Assembly: GCA_949293165.1 (NCBI GenBank)
Contig: CASFCW010000031.1
Span: 2,168 to 66,167 of the forward strand
Length of the DNA stretch: 64,000 nt
Direction of reading: 5' to 3'
Source of the DNA: an uncultured bacterium
GTDB lineage: Bacteria > Bacillota > Clostridia > Oscillospirales > Oscillospiraceae
Shown here: one piece after another, positions 55,985 through 64,000 of the stretch
Numbering within the stretch: the first letter of the stretch is position 1
Layout: each line of letters starts with the position of its first letter
Translations under genes and position numbers: made by a program
The notes under the pieces: generated by a model
Seen by the model: only the letters and a program-made list of their open reading frames with translations
Told to the model about the DNA's origin: nothing
The model's database searches: none

Positions 55985-56854
55985 ATGGCAAACGGAATCA
56001 TCCTCATTGACAAGCCCCAGGACTGGACCAGCATGGACGTGTGCGCCCGGCTGCGCCGGTGCCTGGGGGAGCGGCGGATCGGCCACGCCGGCACCCTGGA
56101 CCCCATGGCCACCGGCGTGCTGCCGGTCTTTGTGGGCCGGGCCACCCGTGCGGTGGAATTTGCCGGAGAAGGGGACAAGGAATACGTGGCCGGACTCCGC
56201 CTGGGCATTGTCACCGATACCCAGGACACCTCCGGCGCTGTCCTGTCCACCGCCCCTGTGAACGTCACCCGGGAGCAGGTGGAGCAGGCTCTCTCCCGGT
56301 TCCGGGGCCCCATTGAGCAGATCCCCCCCATGTACTCCGCCATCAAAATCCAGGGGAAAAAACTCTACGAGCTGGCCCGGAAGGGCAAGGAGGTGGCCCG
56401 GCCCCCCCGCGCCATCACCATCCACGCCCTGACCGTGGAGGAGCAGGCCGCCCCCACCGACTACATTCTCCGGGTGCGCTGCTCCAAGGGCACCTATGTC
56501 CGCACCCTCTGCCACGACATTGGGCAGGCGCTGGGCTGCGGAGGCGCCATGTTCTCCCTGCGGCGAACCATGGCCGCCGGATTTTCCATCCACCAATGCA
56601 CCCCTCTGGACGCGGTTTTGTCCGCTCCAAACCCAGAGGGGCTGCTGCTGCCGGTGGACACCTATTTCCACGACTCACCCCCCCTCACCCTGCCCCCCGC
56701 CCTGGAAAAGCCGGTGCGCAACGGCATGGCGGTCACCCTGCCCGGCATACCGGACGGCAGCTACCGGGTATACAGCCCCCAGGGGGAGTTCCTGGCGCTG
56801 AGCCGGATGAGCGGAGAACGGCTGACCACCATCAAAAGTTTTTTTACCGTATAA
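55985..56854 (+). CDS. truB: tRNA pseudouridine(55) synthase
   Basis: DKPQDWTS, GHAGTLDPMATGVL, PPMYSAIK, CSKGTYVR. Confidence 0.97.
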   Translation: MANGIILIDKPQDWTSMDVCARLRRCLGERRIGHAGTLDPMATGVLPVFVGRATRAVEFAGEGDKEYVAGLRLGIVTDTQDTSGAVLSTAPVNVTREQVEQALSRFRGPIEQIPPMYSAIKIQGKKLYELARKGKEVARPPRAITIHALTVEEQAAPTDYILRVRCSKGTYVRTLCHDIGQALGCGGAMFSLRRTMAAGFSIHQCTPLDAVLSAPNPEGLLLPVDTYFHDSPPLTLPPALEKPVRNGMAVTLPGIPDGSYRVYSPQGEFLALSRMSGERLTTIKSFFTV

Positions 56855-56875
56855 GCGGGAAGGAGCATTTTCCCC

Positions 56876-57778
56876 ATGAACCAGACAAAACGAGTCATTG
56901 CCCTGGGCTTTTTCGACGGGGTGCATCTGGGCCACGGCGCCCTGCTGCGTACCGTCACCCGGCGGGCTGAGGAGCTCAACGCCACAGCCTGCGCCTTCAC
57001 CTTTGACCGCAGCCCCACCGCCGCCATCACCGGGCATACCGTGCCCCTGCTCAGCTCCGTGGAGGACCGGGTCTGGCTGATGCGGAGCCACTATCAGATC
57101 CAGGAGGTGGTGGTGTCCAGCTTTGACGCCATGATGCGGATGGACTGGCGGGATTTTATCACCCAGTACCTCATCCGGGACCTGGGGGTCGTCCATGTGG
57201 TGGCGGGCCACGACTTTCACTTCGGCTACATGGGCAAGGGCAACCCCCAGCGGCTGCGGGAGACCTGCCGGGAGCTGGGCATTGGCTGTGACATCATCGA
57301 CAAAGTGGAGCAGGAGGGCATCACCATCTCCTCCACCTACATCCGTACCCTGATCGCCCAGGGGGAAATGGACCGGGCGGTGGAATTTTTGGGCCACCCC
57401 CACACCCTGACCAACCGGGTGACCCACGGGAAGGGGCTGGGCAGCTCCTCCCTGGGCTTTCCCACCGTCAACCTCTCCATCCCCCATCCGGTGATCGTGC
57501 CCGCCTTCGGGGTGTACGCCACCCAGGTTTCCTTTGGAGGGGAGCGGCATATGGCTGTTACCAATGTGGGCGTCCGGCCCACGGTGGAGGACAACGATGG
57601 CCGGATCACCGTGGAGGGGTTCATCCTGGACTTCCAGGGCGACCTGTACGGGCAGGAGCTGCGGATGGAATTTTACCACCGCCTGCGGGGGGAGCAGCGT
57701 TTCCCCTCCCTCCAGGCCCTGGCCGAGGAGATCCGCCGCAACGCCCGTCAGACCCGGGAATACTTCCAGTCCGTATAG
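56876..57778 (+). CDS. ribF: Bifunctional riboflavin kinase / FAD synthetase
   Basis: GFFDGVHLGH, GHDFHFG, ISST, GFPTVN, NVGVRPT, LRGEQRF. Confidence 0.96.
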   Translation: MNQTKRVIALGFFDGVHLGHGALLRTVTRRAEELNATACAFTFDRSPTAAITGHTVPLLSSVEDRVWLMRSHYQIQEVVVSSFDAMMRMDWRDFITQYLIRDLGVVHVVAGHDFHFGYMGKGNPQRLRETCRELGIGCDIIDKVEQEGITISSTYIRTLIAQGEMDRAVEFLGHPHTLTNRVTHGKGLGSSSLGFPTVNLSIPHPVIVPAFGVYATQVSFGGERHMAVTNVGVRPTVEDNDGRITVEGFILDFQGDLYGQELRMEFYHRLRGEQRFPSLQALAEEIRRNARQTREYFQSV

Positions 57779-57810
57779 GCTGTGTGATTTCAGAAAAAGG
57801 AGGCCCGTCC

Positions 57811-59166
57811 ATGCTCAATCATCCGGAGCATAAGCGCTTTGACCCCATGCTCCCCCTGTTTTGGGCCTATGCCCTGGCCCTCGCCCTGCTGGGCTTTCTC
57901 CTGGCCACGCCCCAGGAAATCATCCAGGGGCTAATCACCATCGTAGTCACGGAGGACGCCCTGATTACCGACTATGTCCTGATTGCCGGGCCGGGAGCCG
58001 CCCTGGTCAATTCGTCCCTGGTGACCGTCATCACCCTGGTGATCCTCCGCCTGTCCCGGGAGCCCCTCAACGGCTTTTCCCCGGTGATGGTGGGGCTGAT
58101 GTCCGGCTTTTCCCTGTTCGGCAAGAATTTTGTCAACATCTGGCCCATCCTCTTCGGCACCTGGCTGTATGCGGCCAGCCGCCGGGAGCATTTCGGCAAA
58201 TATGTGCCGGTAGGCCTGCTGTCCACCGCCCTGGCCCCCGTGGTGAGCTACATCGGCCTGGACAACGGCTGGGGCAACCCCCTGGTGGGCATCGCGGTGG
58301 GGGTGCTCATCGGCTTCATCATGCCGCCGCTGTCCGCCTACACCTACAAGATCCAAAACGGCATGAACCTGTATAATCTGGGCTTCGCCTGCGGCCTGGT
58401 GGCATTCATCCTGGTGCCGGTGATGGGCTCCCTGGGCGCTACCCCCACCACCCAGTACCACTGGGCATCCGGGTATAACCTGATGTTCGGCGGCATTCTT
58501 TCCGCCTTCTGTATCCTTCTCATCCTGGGCGGGCTGTTTTTCACCAGCGTACCTGTCTGGGCGGCCTGGGCGGGCTACCGCCGCCTGCTGCAGGACAGCG
58601 GCCGGGCCCCCAGCGACTTCCTCCGCATGTTCGGCGCAGCGCCGGTACTCATCAACACCGGCATCAACGGGCTGATCGGCATGGTCTTTGTCCTGGGCGG
58701 CGGCGGGGATCTGAACGGCCCCACGGTGGGCGGTATTTTGACCATCATGGGCTTTTCCGCCTTCGGCAAGCACGCGTTCAACATTGTGCCGGTCATGGCC
58801 GGCGTATTCCTGGGCAGCCTGGTGATGCACTGGTCCCTGTCCAACCCCTCGGTACAGCTGGCCTGCCTGTTCTGCACCACCCTGGCCCCCATCTCCGGCT
58901 ACTTCGGCTGGCCCTTCGGCATCCTGGCGGGCTTTCTCCACTCCTCCGTGGTACTGTATACCGGCACCCCGGTAGCGGGGATGAACCTATATAACAACGG
59001 CTTCTCCGGCGGCCTGGTGGCCACCGTCCTGTACCCCATCATCATCGCCATCTTCCGCCACCGCAAGCCCACCCTGGAGGATCTGGACTACTTTGATCCC
59101 CTGGAGCATGACGAACCGGTCACACCCCCCGCGCCCCATCAGATTACCGAGGAAAAGGAGGACTGA
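57811..59166 (+). CDS. DUF1576-like multi-TM membrane protein
   Basis: LITDY, GFSLFGKN, STALAP, NLYNLGF, FGKH, CTTLAPI, NLYNNGF internal two-fold repeat. Confidence 0.78.
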   Translation: MLNHPEHKRFDPMLPLFWAYALALALLGFLLATPQEIIQGLITIVVTEDALITDYVLIAGPGAALVNSSLVTVITLVILRLSREPLNGFSPVMVGLMSGFSLFGKNFVNIWPILFGTWLYAASRREHFGKYVPVGLLSTALAPVVSYIGLDNGWGNPLVGIAVGVLIGFIMPPLSAYTYKIQNGMNLYNLGFACGLVAFILVPVMGSLGATPTTQYHWASGYNLMFGGILSAFCILLILGGLFFTSVPVWAAWAGYRRLLQDSGRAPSDFLRMFGAAPVLINTGINGLIGMVFVLGGGGDLNGPTVGGILTIMGFSAFGKHAFNIVPVMAGVFLGSLVMHWSLSNPSVQLACLFCTTLAPISGYFGWPFGILAGFLHSSVVLYTGTPVAGMNLYNNGFSGGLVATVLYPIIIAIFRHRKPTLEDLDYFDPLEHDEPVTPPAPHQITEEKED

Positions 59167-59181
59167 CCGGTCCCAAAAGCA

Positions 59182-59219
59182 TAAAATTCCGGCAGAGCCA
59201 AGCTCTGCCGGAATTTTTT
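59182..59219. terminator. Bidirectional terminator
   Basis: aaaattccggcagagc-caa-gctctgccggaatttt between convergent genes. Confidence 0.85.
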
Positions 59220-60675
59220 ATCCCACAATCACCTGATCCTCCAGGGTCAGGCCGCTGATGATTTCCACCATGCCGTCCCCCGAGGCGCCGGTTTCCACCG
59301 AAACCGTCTCCTCTTTCCCCTCCCGGAGCACCCGCACCGTCCCATTTGTAACGGCGGAGGCGGGGATCAGCATACAGTTTTCTACCTGCTGGGTCACAAT
59401 GGAGACCTGGACGTTCATCCCGTCCTTCAGCCCCTGGCTGTTTTCCAGGCTGATCTCTACCACATAGGAGGTCACGCCGCCCACGCTCACCCCCGCGTCG
59501 TTGACCCGCTCCACCTGGCCGGTGTAGGTGCGCTGGGCGCCGTCGCCGTCGGTGAAGGCAATGTCCGCCGTCTGCCCGGCGGCCACCTGATGGATGAGCA
59601 GCTCGTCAATTTCCACCTGCACCTGCAGGCTGTCCGGCTGGGCCAGGGTAGCCAGCGTATTGGCCGCGGCGGCATAATCCCCGGTCTTTGCCACACGGCT
59701 GATAACCACGCCGTCGACAGGAGCGGTGATGGTGTAGTCCTCCCCCTTGGCCTGGAGCTGGTCCAGGGAGACCTGGGCGCTCTCCACCCCCAGGACGGCG
59801 GAGGCCACGGCGTTGGTGATGCTGTCATTTTCCAGCGTCAGCAGTACCTGGCCCTGGGAAATGCTCTCCCCTTCCTTCCGGGCGACGGAGGCCACCCGGC
59901 CCGCTTGGGCGGCGTACACCGTCCCGTCAGCGGCGTATTCCACGCTTCCGGCCTCCATACAGGCCGCCGAGCCTACCCTGGCCTGGGCCTGGGTGCCGGA
60001 GCTCACCGCCCCTGGATTGGAAAAGGATATCTCCACATAGACGCCCCTTCGTCCGCTTGAAAGCACCGTCTCATTGGGGTAGGCCCGAACCACCTGGCCG
60101 GTCAGCTCCTCCCCGGTCTGGGGAAACACGATGACCGCCTGGTCTCCGGCAGACATAGCCTGGGCATCCTCCGGGGCGAAGGGCACCGTCAGCTTCAGGT
60201 TCCGGCTGTCCACCACCTGGGCCACAGGGGTGCCGGCGGAGACATAGTCCCCGGGGTCCACGTGGATTTGGGTGACCACACCGGAGATATAGGAGACCAC
60301 CTGCAGGTCCTCCCCCGCCTTCTCCGCCTGGCGCAAGCTCTCCTGGGCACTGGCCAGGGAAAGCTGTGCCTGGACAATCTGGTCGTCCAGATCCCCCCGG
60401 TCAAGCTGATACAGGACGTCCCCCGCCTGTACCGTCTGCCCCTCCTCCACCAGGCAGGAGAGGATGCGCCCGTTGACCTGAGCGAAAATGGGGGTGGTGT
60501 CCCGGTAAACCACCGTTCCCGTCTCCTCCACCCGCTGCACCAGGTCCCCCATCTGGGGCTGGGCCGTCACCGGCTTGTCCTCGTCCCTGCCGCAGCCGGG
60601 CAGCGCCAGCAGCGCCAGGGCCAGCAGGGCCGTTACTCCACGCTTTGCTCCATGTCTCATGTTCATTGCACTCAC
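59218..60675 (-). CDS. HlyD/MFP family efflux adaptor (lipoprotein signal)
   Basis: LALPGC lipobox; VEEGQTVQAGDVLYQL lipoyl motifs; ITAPVDGVV; LKDGMNV; ETGASGDGMVEIISGL. Confidence 0.87.
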   Translation of the reverse strand: MSAMNMRHGAKRGVTALLALALLALPGCGRDEDKPVTAQPQMGDLVQRVEETGTVVYRDTTPIFAQVNGRILSCLVEEGQTVQAGDVLYQLDRGDLDDQIVQAQLSLASAQESLRQAEKAGEDLQVVSYISGVVTQIHVDPGDYVSAGTPVAQVVDSRNLKLTVPFAPEDAQAMSAGDQAVIVFPQTGEELTGQVVRAYPNETVLSSGRRGVYVEISFSNPGAVSSGTQAQARVGSAACMEAGSVEYAADGTVYAAQAGRVASVARKEGESISQGQVLLTLENDSITNAVASAVLGVESAQVSLDQLQAKGEDYTITAPVDGVVISRVAKTGDYAAAANTLATLAQPDSLQVQVEIDELLIHQVAAGQTADIAFTDGDGAQRTYTGQVERVNDAGVSVGGVTSYVVEISLENSQGLKDGMNVQVSIVTQQVENCMLIPASAVTNGTVRVLREGKEETVSVETGASGDGMVEIISGLTLEDQVIVG

Positions 60676-62981
60676 TCCACACTTTTCAACGCGCCCAGCA
60701 TGTCAATCTCCCGCATTTTCCGTCCGATCAGCCAATTCACCGCCAGGGCGAACACCATGGTAATGGCGCAGGACAGCCCCAGGGACTGGGGTCTGGTGGC
60801 CTCCACCAGGGGCATGGTGGTGATAGCGTCCAGGATCATCCGGTTCAGGTATATTCCCAGGGGAATGCCCAGCACGGTGCCCATCAGGGCAAAAATCAGG
60901 TTCTCACTGAGCTGGAGCCCCTTGATCTCTTTGGGGTAGAAGCCCAGCACCATCAAGGTAGCCAGACTGCGCACCTGCTCGTAGAAGCTCATAATGCCCA
61001 GGTTGTAAATGACAATGCAGGCCAGGCCGCCGCCAAACACGATGAGGATATACACCACGGTGGACGTACTGTTCATCCGGTCCATCACGGCGGCGGTAGC
61101 CGTCTCCCGGGTCTGCCACCCGTCCACAAAGTCGTAGTTTTCCAGGGCGGCCGTCACCTTCCCCAGGTCGTCCACCGTCAGCCAGGCACCGGTTGGAGTG
61201 TAGGCCAGGCCCAGATCCCGCCAGCTGCTGCGGCTGAGATAGGCTCCCGACACCCCTTTCTCCACCGCCGCCACCGTGACGCGGTAGTATGTATTGTCCC
61301 CGGCGAAGCGCAGGGTAAGCTCGTCCCCCACCTCCGCGTCCAGCTGGGCGGCCAGGCTCTCCTCCAGCAGGATGCCGTCCCTGGGCAGGGACTGCACATC
61401 CGGCCCGTAGGGGTCGTACCGCTTCAGGGATACGGCGTCCTCCGCCACCGTCAGGGTGCTGGTGGTCATCTTCCTGGGGGAATAGATCCAGCAGGCCGTG
61501 GTCATTTCCAGCTCCGCCGCGGTGACGCCGGGCTGGCGGGTGACACGGGTATACTGGGCCTGGGTCACCTGGTCGGACAGATCCACCATCAGGTCGTAGT
61601 TGTTCTGGTGGCTCACCACCGCCTGGGTATAGTGGTCCATGGAATCCTTGATGCCGTAAGCCAAAAACACCAGGGCCATGCAGAAGGCGATGCCCAGTAC
61701 ACAGGTCAGCATACGAACCTTGTTCCGCAGGGTATTGCGGATAATGTACTTCTGCCGGAAGCTCAGCCTGCGCCAAAGGGCGGGCGCCCGCTCCAGCAGC
61801 ACCGCCCGGGCCCCCTTTGGAGCCTTGGGGCGCATACACTGGGCAGGGGTTTCCTGCAGCAGGGAGCGGCACACCAAAAACGCGCTGCCCAGGCAGCAAA
61901 CGGCCGTAATCAGCAAAGCCCAGCCCCAGGAGCTGAAATCATGCACCACTGTGTAGGGAGGCAGGTCGCAGCCGGTAGCCATGGTGGTCACAATGATCCC
62001 GGCCACATACTTGCCCAAAAAGGCCCCCGGCGGGAAACCCACAATCACCACCAGCAGGGCGTGAAGCAGGTAATAGAGCAGGATGGTATTTTCCTCGTAG
62101 CCCAGGGCCTTGAAGGTGCCGATATCCCCCCGGGCATGCTCCACCAGGCGGTTCATGGTGCTGACCATCATCAGCACGGCGCACAGGAAAAACAGCACCG
62201 GGAACACCGCCAGGATGGGTTCAATGTTCTCCTTGGTCTCCATCAGGGTATAGGCCTGGGGGTTGTCCGCCCGGGCCAGCACATTCACCGCCCTGGAGCC
62301 CAGGGCGTCCTGGATGGCCCGGCTCAGCGACTCCTCATCCACGGTGCCGTCGGTGGTCAGGCAGATCTGGTTGTAGTTGTATCGGCCCATCACCGGCTCC
62401 AAAGCCTGCTCATTCAGGTAGGCGTAGCCATAGAGGGCCAGGTTGGGCGCCGGTATGGTGGCACTGACGTGGTATAGGAATTCCGCCGATTTTACTAGGC
62501 CGGAGACCAGCAGGGTCAGCTGGACATCCGTCCCTGTCACGGTGATGGTGTACCAGTCCCCCACGGACAGGCCGTGGGCCTGGGCGTATACGTCGCTGAG
62601 CGCTACCTCCCGGGGGGAGGAGGGCATGGTGCCCTGGGCCATCCAGGGGCGGTTGATGGTCCCCTCATCCCCCACGGTACAAAGGGTCAGGGTGCTGTCC
62701 CCGTCGTCGTCCTCCCCCTCCAGCTGAATCCGGGGCTCCACCCCGGTAACCCCCGGGATCGCCTCCAACTCCCGGCAGTCCCCCTGGTCGAAGCCCATGC
62801 CGGAAATCCAGTATTCCGCCGTGTTCTGGCTTTGGAACAAATGGTTTACGATCAAATCCGTGTTATACAAAATCCCGCTGAGGCAGGTATACACCACCAC
62901 AGCGATCATGGTGATAATGCTGACGGAGATCAGCCGGGAGGCCGTATGCCGGAGATCCCGGAGAAAGTTAATCCAGATCAT
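60672..62981 (-). CDS. MacB/FtsX-type ABC transporter permease (two permease domains)
   Basis: R.DIGTFKALGY and RSLATLMVLGF repeats; RNTLRNK; IDMLGALKSVE. Confidence 0.9.
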   Translation of the reverse strand: MIWINFLRDLRHTASRLISVSIITMIAVVVYTCLSGILYNTDLIVNHLFQSQNTAEYWISGMGFDQGDCRELEAIPGVTGVEPRIQLEGEDDDGDSTLTLCTVGDEGTINRPWMAQGTMPSSPREVALSDVYAQAHGLSVGDWYTITVTGTDVQLTLLVSGLVKSAEFLYHVSATIPAPNLALYGYAYLNEQALEPVMGRYNYNQICLTTDGTVDEESLSRAIQDALGSRAVNVLARADNPQAYTLMETKENIEPILAVFPVLFFLCAVLMMVSTMNRLVEHARGDIGTFKALGYEENTILLYYLLHALLVVIVGFPPGAFLGKYVAGIIVTTMATGCDLPPYTVVHDFSSWGWALLITAVCCLGSAFLVCRSLLQETPAQCMRPKAPKGARAVLLERAPALWRRLSFRQKYIIRNTLRNKVRMLTCVLGIAFCMALVFLAYGIKDSMDHYTQAVVSHQNNYDLMVDLSDQVTQAQYTRVTRQPGVTAAELEMTTACWIYSPRKMTTSTLTVAEDAVSLKRYDPYGPDVQSLPRDGILLEESLAAQLDAEVGDELTLRFAGDNTYYRVTVAAVEKGVSGAYLSRSSWRDLGLAYTPTGAWLTVDDLGKVTAALENYDFVDGWQTRETATAAVMDRMNSTSTVVYILIVFGGGLACIVIYNLGIMSFYEQVRSLATLMVLGFYPKEIKGLQLSENLIFALMGTVLGIPLGIYLNRMILDAITTMPLVEATRPQSLGLSCAITMVFALAVNWLIGRKMREIDMLGALKSVE

Positions 62982-62982
62982 A

Positions 62983-63684
62983 TCACCACTCCAGCTCCTC
63001 CACCGGTACGGGGGTGGGATTGTGGGTCATGGACTCGATGGCCCCGCTTTTCATGCGGATCACCACGTCGGCGGAGGGGGCCAGGGCGCTGTTGTGGGTG
63101 ACCACCACCACCGTCTTTCCGCTGCGCTTGCACAGGTCGTACAGCAGGGCCAGGATGGATTTACCGGTGCGGTAGTCCAATGCGCCGGTGGGCTCATCGC
63201 ACAGCAGCAGGTCTGGATTTTTGGCCAGGGCCCGGGCAATGGCGCCCCGCTGCTGCTCACCGCCGGAGCACTGGGCTGGGAAATTGCCCATCCGTTCCCC
63301 CAGGCCCACCATCTCCAGCACCTGTTTGGCGTCCAGGGGGTCTTTACAGATCTGGCTGGCCAGCTCCACATTCTCCAGCATGGTGAGGTTGGGCATCAGG
63401 TTGTAAAACTGAAAGACAAAGCCGATGTTCTCCCGGCGGTAGCCAGTCAGCTCCTTTTTCCCAAAGCTGGAAATCTCCTTTCCATGCACCACCACCCGCC
63501 CGGAGGTGGGGGAATCCATCCCGCCCAGGATATTCAGCACCGTGGATTTGCCCGCGCCGCTGGCCCCCAGGATGATGGCGTAGGTGCCCTCCGGGATGGT
63601 GAAGCTCACATCATCCACCGCCCGGATCACCGTCTTACCCATCTGGTACTCCCGCACCACATGCTCCAGTTCAATTCCGGCCAT
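62983..63684 (-). CDS. MacB/LolD-type ABC transporter ATPase
   Basis: [39 protein letters not shown]. Confidence 0.93.
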   Translation of the reverse strand: MAGIELEHVVREYQMGKTVIRAVDDVSFTIPEGTYAIILGASGAGKSTVLNILGGMDSPTSGRVVVHGKEISSFGKKELTGYRRENIGFVFQFYNLMPNLTMLENVELASQICKDPLDAKQVLEMVGLGERMGNFPAQCSGGEQQRGAIARALAKNPDLLLCDEPTGALDYRTGKSILALLYDLCKRSGKTVVVVTHNSALAPSADVVIRMKSGAIESMTHNPTPVPVEELEW

Positions 63685-63709
63685 ACGCCCTCCCCTCCCT
63701 GCTTGCGGC

Positions 63710-63738
63710 AAGGGCCCGTCCCCAGGGACGGGCCCTAC
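63710..63738. terminator. Hairpin between the HIT gene and the ABC exporter
   Basis: agggcccgtccc/gggacgggccct inverted repeat. Confidence 0.55.
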
Positions 63739-63769
63739 GTGAATGTATAATGGATTGCCGTTGCGGGAA

Positions 63770-64000
63770 TCAGAGGCAGGCCTTGATCCTGGCCGCCATC
63801 TCCTGATATTCCGCCTCTGTCAGGCGCACCTTGCCTGGATTCATGGCGAACACGCCGCCCCACTCTTCCCCGTCTTTATACTTGGGCACCAAATGGAAGT
63901 GCAGGTGGCAGCCGGTATCGCCGTAAGCGCCGTAGTTCACCTTGTCCGGATGGAAGGCGGCGTGGATAGCCCTGGCTGCCCGGGCCACATCGGCGAAGAA
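63770..64000 (-). CDS. HIT family hydrolase (3' part; start outside window)
   Basis: KVNYGAYGD..HLHFHLVP histidine triad. Confidence 0.88.
   Translation of the reverse strand, partial: FFADVARAARAIHAAFHPDKVNYGAYGDTGCHLHFHLVPKYKDGEEWGGVFAMNPGKVRLTEAEYQEMAARIKACL

Noticed and set aside
1-64000. CRISPR arrays, rRNA, tRNA and IS elements
   Set aside because: No regularly spaced repeat-spacer units, cloverleaf or rRNA signatures, or transposase ORFs were found by eye.

Overview
This is a high-GC Firmicutes chromosome segment. The protein families and gene order point to Oscillospiraceae (Flavonifractor/Intestinimonas-like); this is an inference. No IS, integrase, phage, CRISPR, rRNA or tRNA was recognised. 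From left to right: the hydroxyglutarate glutamate-fermentation operon (gctA-gctB-gcdA-hgdC-hgdA, cut at the window edge) divergent from an AraC regulator; a Tyr-specifier T-box riboswitch driving an EamA/DMT transporter plus tyrS; a ClpE/C-type ATPase; an ECF module with truA; a split TauE pair; cca; an amidohydrolase; the hprK-ROK-murB-rapZ-yvcK-whiA-vanZ-dnaE run; rpmB; a SAM-I riboswitch with metK; deoC; bioB with a BirA operator; a lower-GC accessory locus (non-canonical class IV PLP enzyme, two NhaC paralogues, FadR regulator); nrdR; an SsuABC-like ABC importer; an AgcS symporter; the rimP-nusA-infB-rbfA-truB-ribF operon; and a MacAB-like exporter. The best candidate for an undescribed system is the 38.9-43.9 kb locus. 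Its PLP enzyme has His where the catalytic Lys normally sits, one NhaC paralogue has lost conserved charged motif residues, and a 4x TTGGT 8-bp-period array lies just behind a perfect promoter. Next is the tyrosine T-box-controlled EamA. Three normally essential genes carry lesions: tyrS and metK have frameshifting deletions and dnaE has a 5-aa duplication in the GS motif. These most likely mark assembly or scaffold junctions and need a read-level check. All protein assignments come from recalled motifs, not database searches.
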